Positions 34,150 through 43,282 of a stretch of 64,000 nt of DNA are shown here, in pieces (the stretch's first letter is position 1; every line of letters begins with the position of its first letter). The notes beneath the pieces were generated by a model that saw only the letters and a program-made list of their open reading frames with translations, made no database searches and was not told where the DNA came from. The translations under genes and the position numbers were made by a program. This DNA is from Marsupella aquatica (lineage: Eukaryota; Plantae; Marchantiophyta): contig OZ316895.1 in the NCBI GenBank assembly GCA_973895155.1, positions 22,704,558 through 22,768,557 of the forward strand. Direction: 5' to 3'.

Positions 34150-37100
34150 GTAGCATAGTTTTCGCGCCATTTCGACTACCCTCCCGCACTCAGTTTTTCT
34201 CGGAATCCAGTTTTCTCAGTTGCATTAGCTTGCTCCTGCCGAGGCGCATCAAATCGATATAAAACACGTCCAAAACGGTGCCGTATCAACATACTTATGG
34301 TCACATTCGTTTTCGCCGTTTTTCAGTCGTTTTTCTGCGATTTTCGTCTTCCTTTCGACAGTCATATCTCGGTCAATCTTTCACGGATTTCAGATTTCTC
34401 AAGTGCTTTGTATAGCTCTTCTCCGGGAGTATCAGATTGATCCCAAGAGCGGTCCAATTGGTCTCCTATTGCCCCGATTGGACTTTGATTAGCTCTCACG
34501 TTTTTTCTTCAATTTCCACCGTTCTCACTTTCAATTAGCTTTAGGGTCCTGTAGCAGTTCCTCGTTCACGGAATCCGGCATTCTCATGTGATTTGGCCAG
34601 CTCTTGTCCGGGAGTGCAACATCTATCCCTACCGCGGTCCTTTTGGTGACATATCAACCACTTTCGGCTTCGATTACGATTCTGATTTACACCTCCATTT
34701 TTGGTGACGGTTTCCCTTGATCAGCTTTGGAGCATTCCTGTCTTGCCACGTTTCTCCTCCGATTGGTGGTTGCCTTTCTTCTTCAGTTCTGACAAGGTGG
34801 TTTTTGCCAAGTTTAGTGGACCAGTTTGCATTCCACCATCTTTGGGAGCTGTAGCAGCACGCTCAAATCAGCGGAGAGATATTCACTCGCATCGACTCCT
34901 CAACGGACACATCGACGAGAGCTCCAGCTTTGTTCCCGGCTGTGCCTGCACGTGCTCAACGGTTTTCTAGGCTAGCGGGGGCGCCGCTTCTCGGATTTTG
35001 ACGCGGTGGGCTCTCTCCATAGCCTTCCCTTTCTTTTCACATGTCTTGGTTGGGCCTTTTGTCGCTTCTTGATGCGCTTTTGCTTTTATCGGGTTGCGAC
35101 CTGTCATGTCTACGTTGAGAGTGTTGGCGCGGGGCAAGCGCCCAGCCCCCCCACACAGTTCTCCCCCCTCCTCCCCCCCGCCTCGTGGTCGCCTTCGTGT
35201 TTGCTCTTCTTCATTGGATCTCTCTCATCTTCGTGCTGACCCCATGCCCGATGTTCTGCCAGTCCCCCCAGTCTACTGCCCACCCCATCGACGCCCTGGC
35301 TCCTCTCCCCAGCCCATTCCCCCTCCACCCCTCCAGCATCCCCCTCCGGCCTCTTCATCCACGTCGGTTCCCCCCCCACCTCCTGTCCAGTCGGTCCCTG
35401 CTCCCTCCCCAGACGAGCGTCCCTTGCATACTTGTCCTGAGTGTGGCTGGGTTGGCCTCTCCCTTCCTCATCACCGCGGGCGGGGCCGGTGCCAACGTCG
35501 CCAGCAAGCCCAATCCCAGCCCCAGCCCCCTCTTGACCCAGTTAGCTCTGCCCCTCCTTCCTTGGAGGCTTCCGAGCAGGCATGGAGTTGGGTTCGCTCT
35601 CTAGACCCCCTTCCAGCCTACCATCCAGGGTACATTAGACCTCGCCTTTATAACCACATCCCACTAGCGTTGCGCCCATTAGTTCGGTCATCCTTGTTGC
35701 AACTCATGCAGCTTATCTTGGCGCATCCTATCGAGGTCTCCTATTGGTCTTTACTCATGCTTTTTCCACAGTGGACTCTTACCCTCCCTAGTCACGGTGG
35801 TCGCGTGGGTCATCGTGAGACTGCCTCTCGTATCCATCGTTTTCTGCGGGGAGATTGGGAACAGCTTCAGGAAGAGTACTTTCTTCGAGCCCGTTCCTTT
35901 ACTACCCGTGCTTTGTCTGACCCAGCTCGCCACTCTCATCCTCCAGAGCACAGACGCCTTCGTCGCTCTTGTCGTTTGGCCCAGGCTGGTGAATATCGTC
36001 GTGCGGTCCAGGCCCTTTCTCCCACCACACCAGCCCCCCCTGGCGAGGTCACCTTGACGGCCCTTCAGGATCTCCATCCGCAGCCCTATGATCAGCTCCC
36101 TTTGTTCGTGGAGGATTTTGAGCCTGAGGAGGATCTTCAGTTTAGTAGGGACCACTTCACCTATGCTTTCCTCCATGCTCCGCGTTGCGCGGCTGGTGGC
36201 CCCTCTGGCTATGTCTTTGAGCATTTTTGTGATTTATTCCCCCCTGAGGATCCTCAGTCTGGTTTTCCAGTTTTCTTCTCCTTTTGCCAGTGTATTGCTG
36301 CCGGCCGTTTGCCTCCTCCCGTCTCTCGGCTTTTGAGTGCTTCTCGTTTATTGGCCATGGCTAAGTCTTCACCGGGTGTTCGGCCCATAGCTATTGGAGA
36401 GGTCTTTCTTCGTCTGGTGTCTCGCGCACTTTCATCGCAGTATCGCTCTGCACTATCGGATCATCTCTCTCCACATCAGTTTGCAGTGGGCGTTCCTGGC
36501 GGTTGTGAGACAGTTATTGCGGGTATTCGTACTACCTTGGACCTCCACCCTGATTGGGTTGTCCTCCAGGTTGATGTCTCCAATGCTTTCAATACGGTTT
36601 CTCGGGCAGCAATTTTTCGTGCTTTGAGGGCAGCGGATCCAGACATCCAGTCCCTTATCCCCTTTGTCCGTTGTTTTTATGGGTGTGAGGCCCCCCTCTT
36701 CTATAGTCATCACACCTCTACAGGAGTGTATACCACTCTTTCTTCTGCAGAAGGTACACGTCAGGGTGACCCTTTGGGTGGGCCTCTTTTTGCCATTGCC
36801 CATTTTACTGCTTTACGAGAAGCCTCCGCGGCCCACCCCCAGTGTATCTTCCCCTCCCTTTCAGATGACACCCACATCATTGGTCCACCTTTTGCTGTTA
36901 CTTCTGCCCTCGCCACCCTTTCCACCCATTTGTTGGGCCTCGGTTTACGAGTACAGCCGGTGAAGAGTCGTGCATGGAGTCCAGCTGGGTTACCCTCTGA
37001 TCTTGCGCTTCCCCCTGGGTTCTTACGTCCTGCCGACGGTCTTCGGGTCCTTGGCTCCCCAGTCGGTACCGCCTCCTTTTGCTCATCTTTCATTGCTGAC

Positions 37101-38752
37101 GCTCTCCAGGCTGCCTTAGCCCCTACTCCTATGCTCCCTAAGTTAGCAGACTCTCAGGCAGCATTTGGGTTGTTATTGAGATGCATCCACCCTCGTGCGT
37201 CCTATTTGGCTCGGACACATCCCCCTACCGAGGATCTTTCTCTACACCTCCGAGCGTTTGATGTCTCCATTCGTGAGACTTTGGCCTCTCTTTTAGGGCC
37301 AGGTACTTTACTCTCATCTCCGTGGCTTCATCGACAGCTCAGTCTTCCTATTTCTCATGGTGGTTTTGGGCTTACTTCCACTGAGCGCCTTGCACCTTTG
37401 GCCTTCTTGGGCGCGTGGGCGGCCGCCTTCTCATTGTTGGCAGATCGTTTCCTTACTGAGGATCGACCTTTTTTACTTTCATCTCTCATGGAGGTCGAGG
37501 AGGGTTCCCTCCCATTTCAGGTTCATTTGCGCACGGCTCGGTCATCATTACCCGATCCTGTTCGAGCTGCGTTACCTTCATTCCAGGAGTTTTTATCCTT
37601 GGACCCCGTCCGTCTTCAGGCAGACCTTGCTGGGCGTATGCACGCTTTCACCCTCTCCAGCATCCTCACCGAGGCACCTGACACGGACCGAGCTCGGATT
37701 CTTTCTTCCGGAGGGAAGGGCGCAGGAGGCTGGCTTCAGGCCAATCCAGTCATTCCTCACCTGCGGATGTCTTCAGCGGAGTTTGCGACAGCCATGCGTC
37801 TTCGTATGGGCTTGCCCCACCCACTTCTTGCTGGTTTACCTCCTACTTGCACTTGTGGGAAGCCTTGTGATGCCACAGGTGTCCATCTTCTTCGATGCAG
37901 TTTGGGCGGCGAAACCATTTTTGTTCACGACGCTGTGAGAGATGCGACTGCTCAGGTTCTCTCTGGCTCTTTGGTCTGCGCGCGGCGGGAGGTGGTGCTC
38001 GAGTTACCTGGTCCTCCATCACAGCGGTTACGGGTGGATCTTACCATGGTCCGTGACGGTCACCGTACTTTGGCAGATGTAGTGGTGGCAAACCCATTGC
38101 GCCAAGACATCATTGGGACAGCGGCAACAACGGCAGGGGCAGCAGCATCACGAGCAGCACAAACGAAGGAGGCCAAATATGCTGCACGAGCTTCATCTGA
38201 TAGCTTCCTGCCCCTTGCTCTTGAGATATTTGGGCGTCTTCATCATCAGTTCGACGGGCTTCTTCGCCAAGCTGCTCGGGATGTTCACGGCCGGATGGGT
38301 CCCACCGGGCCCCCGCTATCTGTTTTGACCACGCACTTTCGCCAACGCATTTCAGTCACCTTACAGCGTGCTCAAGCTCGGGCCGTCTATCGTCGATCTC
38401 TGACAGTGGGTGCTAGTGTGACTCCGCAGCGGCTAGCCCCCCTAGAGGACATTCCTGTCCCACTTGCCGATCTAGTTTCGACACTTGATGTAGACCACTA
38501 GCTTGTAGCCACATTTGCTAGGTATGATGAGGACCTCGGTCCATTTGCGGTAGTTTTAGTTACTCTTTCTTGGTTTTTAGGGGTTTCCTTTTGCTCACTT
38601 CTTTTAGTTCCTCTTTCTTGGTCTTTAGGGTTTCCTTTTGCTCACTTCTTTTGCGTTTGGTTTTGTCCACTTGGGACCTCTCTTGTTTATTCTTTTGTAC
38701 TCTATTTGGCCTTTTTCTATATAAAGTATGTGTATATTCTCTTTTAAAAAAT
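34150..38752 (+). mobile_element. Apparently intact single-ORF non-LTR retrotransposon with restriction-like endonuclease (CRE clade-like); boundaries approximate
   Basis: About 0.9-kb 5' UTR with ~185-bp periodic repeats, a 1135-codon ORF and a U-rich 3' UTR ending in a short A run (38747-38752). No TSD was identified. Confidence 0.85.
35094..38501 (+). CDS. Retrotransposon protein: Pro-rich N-terminus, zinc finger, reverse transcriptase, CCHC knuckle and PD-(D/E)xK restriction-like endonuclease (first ATG at 35106)
   Basis: N-terminal finger CPECG..LPHH..RC. RT motifs GVRPIAIGE, QFAVGVPGG, QVDVSNAFNTVSR, GTRQGDPLG, LSDD, VLGSPVG and LPISHGGFGL. C-terminal motifs AGGWLQANP, AMRLRMGL, CTC..C..HLLRC, VHDAVRD, RVDL..ADVVV, KEAKY and FLPLALEIFG. 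Confidence 0.93.
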   Translation: MRPVMSTLRVLARGKRPAPPHSSPPSSPPPRGRLRVCSSSLDLSHLRADPMPDVLPVPPVYCPPHRRPGSSPQPIPPPPLQHPPPASSSTSVPPPPPVQSVPAPSPDERPLHTCPECGWVGLSLPHHRGRGRCQRRQQAQSQPQPPLDPVSSAPPSLEASEQAWSWVRSLDPLPAYHPGYIRPRLYNHIPLALRPLVRSSLLQLMQLILAHPIEVSYWSLLMLFPQWTLTLPSHGGRVGHRETASRIHRFLRGDWEQLQEEYFLRARSFTTRALSDPARHSHPPEHRRLRRSCRLAQAGEYRRAVQALSPTTPAPPGEVTLTALQDLHPQPYDQLPLFVEDFEPEEDLQFSRDHFTYAFLHAPRCAAGGPSGYVFEHFCDLFPPEDPQSGFPVFFSFCQCIAAGRLPPPVSRLLSASRLLAMAKSSPGVRPIAIGEVFLRLVSRALSSQYRSALSDHLSPHQFAVGVPGGCETVIAGIRTTLDLHPDWVVLQVDVSNAFNTVSRAAIFRALRAADPDIQSLIPFVRCFYGCEAPLFYSHHTSTGVYTTLSSAEGTRQGDPLGGPLFAIAHFTALREASAAHPQCIFPSLSDDTHIIGPPFAVTSALATLSTHLLGLGLRVQPVKSRAWSPAGLPSDLALPPGFLRPADGLRVLGSPVGTASFCSSFIADALQAALAPTPMLPKLADSQAAFGLLLRCIHPRASYLARTHPPTEDLSLHLRAFDVSIRETLASLLGPGTLLSSPWLHRQLSLPISHGGFGLTSTERLAPLAFLGAWAAAFSLLADRFLTEDRPFLLSSLMEVEEGSLPFQVHLRTARSSLPDPVRAALPSFQEFLSLDPVRLQADLAGRMHAFTLSSILTEAPDTDRARILSSGGKGAGGWLQANPVIPHLRMSSAEFATAMRLRMGLPHPLLAGLPPTCTCGKPCDATGVHLLRCSLGGETIFVHDAVRDATAQVLSGSLVCARREVVLELPGPPSQRLRVDLTMVRDGHRTLADVVVANPLRQDIIGTAATTAGAAASRAAQTKEAKYAARASSDSFLPLALEIFGRLHHQFDGLLRQAARDVHGRMGPTGPPLSVLTTHFRQRISVTLQRAQARAVYRRSLTVGASVTPQRLAPLEDIPVPLADLVSTLDVDH

Positions 38753-38922
38753 ATGAACTGGAAACACCATAGATTCTTTTGCAAGGCTTTTTTGGTCTTG
38801 TCTCTATTTATGTTCAAGGAATGAGTAATCATGCTACTACCATGATAATTTAACCCAAATATGTAGTTTACATCAGTGGGTTTTTCTCTAAATAAGTCAT
38901 CATTGAGTGTTACTCTACATAA

Positions 38923-39120
38923 GTGGATGTTGGTTTTTGATGTGCAATTACTGGGAAGCGTATTGGTCCCGTTGGTGTTGGGTTTTCATGTCCAATTATT
39001 ACTGGAAAGTGTATTGGTCCCTGTGGATGTTGGGTTTTTATGTGCAATTACTGGGAAGCATATTGGTCCCTGTGGATGTTGGGTCTTTCTGTGCAATTAC
39101 TGGGAAGCATATTGGTCCCT
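38923..39120. repeat. Minisatellite, ~49-bp unit, 4 copies
   Basis: GTGGATGTTGGGTTTTTATGTGCAATTACTGGGAAGCATATTGGTCCCT-like copies. Confidence 0.9.
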
Positions 39121-42100
39121 TCTTGGTAGCAGTACTCATAGTCTTTAGGGGTGAGGGTTTTAGTCATTTCCAGTGGACAAAAATCTACATGCAAGCCATT
39201 AAACAGGACCATGATCCCCATATGATCATCATTGATCCATCATGAATAGGTCAAGGTTCCGATTAGCCTACCTCATTGGACCTCACTAGTCACTACCTTT
39301 GGAAGATTTCACTGTTAGAGAAAAGTGACGGTTCTGAATTGAGATCAACTGATTCACAATTTTCTTGTTGGGTTTGCTATCCTCGTATCAATGTCGACAC
39401 GATAATAAATGGAAGGGAGCCTGTCATATTCCAATATTTCAAATTCTTCTTGAAGGGAAACAACATAGGGGAAAACTGGCTTGCAGGACGGGGAAAATTC
39501 CTGGTCTACATGTTCATGTTTGTATATCCCAATATTTTAATGCTGCTATATTTTATGTTATTGGGTGCCAAGACAAGTAGTCACAAGTACTCACGTGGCC
39601 CACCCACTTTGGCCCGTGCACGACCTCAGCCAGTGATCTTTCCCACTTTCCATCCGTATCAGAAAGGGCCTTTGAAACTTTCCATGTTTGATGTTTCTGA
39701 AAAGTTCGTGGAATCTTCGTTGCTGATTATAAAACCATCAGACAACTTTTTGACACCCAGGTGGTGGAGCTAAAAGAGTTAACTATACCCAGGTTTTCAG
39801 AGTCCTTATTATGTCCCTCTATGTAGAAAAAGGCCACAGTTTGAAAGAGTCTTGTGCTTGGGACAAACCTGGATGCACTGCCTTTATGAACTAGTCGTCA
39901 TTTGGTGTTTGGACAAGAGCAGAAACAATCCCTTCATAAACTATTCTTGACTCCACCTCATACTGTCCTATCCCCCAAACTGGTCAAATTACTAAGTAAC
40001 CTGCACTCCCAAAAATTACTAACTTGCAGTCTCCAAAATTGTAAGATTGCCCTCATTTTGTATATAAGTTGACTTACGCAACTATACTAACCAGGAACGA
40101 TAGGTGGTTGGTTGGCAAACACATGGAGGTGTGTGATTTTCCCATCCTAACCCTCTCCAACCGTACCTTCACCCTGAACAAGGTTTCCCCATTTGATTCT
40201 ACTGGAACATAGTTATCGACTACTATCTACCTTGGGGCGCCTCATTCCAAACGAGGCCCCATATTATGCATGCAGTATTCAAGCAATAAACACCCTATAA
40301 TTATAAGAATTCAGTATTTTTAAACTAGTTTTTAACCCCTAACTTTATGGAATGTTCAAAGGAATATTTCTCAAATTTGGTATTATAAACCATTTAGTTT
40401 CTATAATATTCAAATTTTGATAAAACAGCTTTTTATTAGCCTTTCCCCCAAAATTCCAGATATTATTAATGTGCTCCCCAAACAAAATCAACCTATCCTC
40501 CATTTCGTATTGGGGTGAGGGTTAACTCGCATATAGATTCCCATTGCAATGTGACAACTCACTATTGGCTAGCCTTAACCTAATTTCTTTGTTTTCACTT
40601 GCCAATTTCCAGGAGATTGGTGGGGATTTTGTTTTAACACTTTTCACTACTAGAGAATCATGATTAAAAAGTACCTTTTACCGAACGAAGGGAACCCACC
40701 CACAAAACTGGTGCTAGATTTAATTTGCATTAAATGAATTTGACTATTGAGCTAGAATTATTATTCTGTTAATTTATTTTTATTTTTCACATAGGATAGA
40801 CCTCATATGTCACTCCTATTTAAAGGAGAAGTTCAATGTGAGTGATAGCAAGTCAAACTCCAGGCGGCAGCTTAAACTTGTGTTTTCAAATGTAGAAGAT
40901 TTTTTCGTTTCCTTTATTCACATAGGATAGGCCCAGATGTCGCTCCTAAAGGATAAGTTTACCGTACTAAATATAGGCGGTTAAAAAGTCCTCGTCCAAT
41001 ACAATGTTCGTGCAGCTTTTGAAAAACCAACTACTGTAGTCAAATTAATTGCCAGCTGACAGGTAAAATGATCTTGCTTTTCGCACTTATATAAGATATT
41101 CTTTTATTTTGGCTTTGAGATGAGTCAGCCTTGGCAAGCCCAAACTTGATGGGTATGATACTAACAAAAGGTACCTGGAGTTGCTTCTTTGAGACCATAT
41201 TACATGCAATTTCATTTGCTTACATGACCTGGTGTAACCCCACATCCCCACATCACCACCGTACCTACTCCTAGGGGTACTTTCGTGGGTTATAGGATCA
41301 TCCCCCCAAAAGGCATTAATATACGTCCAACTAGCGCACAACCAGTGACTGGCTCCGATTTGGGCACGGGATTATGATCTCAGATGTGGTGAGCATTGGT
41401 TCAGTGCTAAACAATAATTGAGCATGTCCGCTGCTAGAATTATTCAGTCAACCATGGGTCCGTTTCTAGAATTAGCTGAGCAGATCCATGCCACTACTAA
41501 GATTAGTCAAGCAAAGGTGAGCAAGCATGGGTCCACCGCAAACATTAGTCGAGCAAGCATGGGTCCACCGCAAACATTAGTCGAGCATGCCTGGGTCAGC
41601 TTCTAAAATGTACTGTTTATTTATTCGTTACTATTTTGAAACACTGTTTGTAACCTGCACACCTTGATGGTTTCAAACCTCCCCATACCTTGCTCCATGT
41701 CCCCCAAATGTCCCCGGACAAAGGGCCAACCAGTCAAGATTGATTGTTGCACTGCCTAGCCCATACCCTTTTACAATCTATACCATCAAGCACTACCCAA
41801 ACTGTATACTGTAGATGCCTGTTAAGCTTTGGTTGAAGCTCCTGGTTTTTTTTTACTTTCTTGTGTTTTTTTTTAATTTTTTGTTTGGGGGGGGGGGGGG
41901 GATTATGGCCCACAATGCCCTGTCACCAGAGCGTCACTGTATATTAAAATCCCAGTATACACTTAAATTCCTGAGATATATTTCTCTTTGTATATTTTCT
42001 GAGCTTAATGGAAGAGAATCCATCACACACAATGCAATGGCATTTTGAGATTTCTTCTTTACTTGTCTTTTGGTAACCAAAGTCAAATCTAAATTTGCAT

Positions 42101-42203
42101 GAAATCTGAGTTTGTATTCAAGTCTGAAAAAAGAGACTTAAAATAAAATAAAGTTGGGGTGAAAATCTTTCAGGGATTAAACTGTACTAACTCCTTGCTA
42201 CCA

Positions 42204-42281
42204 GGGCATGATGGGCAACAGTAGCCCCTCAAAACTTGGGCTGAAGCCCTCATTTTGGGGGCATTATAGCCCACAATGCCC
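42204..42281. mobile_element. Small palindromic MITE-like repeat; inverted homolog at 7726-7800 and a partial copy near 41895-41922
   Basis: GGGCAT...AATGCCC termini. The reverse complement aligns to 7726-7800 (GGGCATTATG...CAAGTTTTGAGGG...ATAATGCC). Confidence 0.6.
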
Positions 42282-42326
42282 TTGGAACATGGAAACAGGG
42301 TTTACTATATACATCCAAGTCCTATT

Positions 42327-42505
42327 GAGAGATATGCTTAGTAGACCCCATTCTTAAAAAAGTTTGCTTAATCAACCCCCTCCATGCTTTTCCCCAATCT
42401 GGATCATTGATGGACCTTTAGATCTCAGATCTGGGCCCTTAATAGACCTCAGGGGGTTGATCAAGTAACAAGTTTCAATTTGGGGGTCTATCAAGCAAAT
42501 ACCTC
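42327..42505. mobile_element. Mutator-like MITE (179 bp)
   Basis: TIRs GAGAGATATGCTTAGTAGACCCC / GGGGTCTATCAAGCAAATACCTC and an inner inverted repeat ATCAACCCC/GGGGTTGAT. Near-perfect 10-bp TSD AAGTCCTATT / AGGTCCTATT. Confidence 0.78.
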
Positions 42506-42949
42506 AGGTCCTATTCGTTGAAGACTTTCGTGAGTTTTGGTTTGTATTTTTCGAGATTGTTTATTTCATACAATGCACACCTTGTTCTGAAGAGTGAATC
42601 ATGCAATGACCCGTCAATCTAGGCATATGTAGCTCAAAACAAAATTTCTACCATATGAATCAAAAACCCCTAAAATCTTGGGATTTTAACTTCTTCTTCT
42701 TTCTTTACACATTGTTGCATGAGAAATCACAGTTGCTTCATGCAACCGACGGTAATATAATAGTTACACCTAAAATCCACAAAATGTATAATTCAACAAA
42801 AAAAGACCGGCAATGTAGTTGGGTGTCACCAACAGTTCCACCCGAATATTGCATGCTGCATAGGAGGCCAAAAATCTATGTTTCCAAAAAATTGTATGGT
42901 CCCTAACAGGGGTGTCCACACCAAAAATCAGTCCATGCAAATGGATTGG

Positions 42950-43282
42950 CACCCTTCCAGAATCATCGGAGCCATGATGGTGGGGCGGATGTTGTGTCTA
43001 CCTGTCTCAAACCAAAACCACCTGGATTAAGTTTGTCCGAAAGTCAGGTTTCGGTGGAGGTCACAAACTCAAATTTTTCATAGCACATGATAAAAAAGCA
43101 ATAGGTTCAAGACACCCTAATAGTCACTGCAGGAAATTTCAGTTTGTGGCCGTTGGCAAGAACCCAACTTTTGGGCAAACATAATGAATGGGGTTTCTGG
43201 TGTGAGACAGGTTACAACATATACCTCCAGGTTACCTCAACATCTTTGGTTTTGATTGGGCACCAATGATTCCCCCAAGGCC
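42950..43282. mobile_element. Old MITE-like fold-back element
   Basis: ATGTTGTG..ACCTGTCTCAAACCAAAACC (~42989-43019) is inverted at ~43192-43220, and outer GAATCAT/ATGATTC arms also pair. Confidence 0.5.

Noticed and set aside
35110-38328. Multiple overlapping and antisense ORFs within the RT ORF
   Set aside because: These are shadow ORFs of a GC-rich coding sequence with no recognisable motifs.
39276-39773. 165-aa ORF as a gene
   Set aside because: It has a non-ATG start and no domain motifs. Exon-like minus-strand pieces contain stops, so at most this is an unidentifiable relic.
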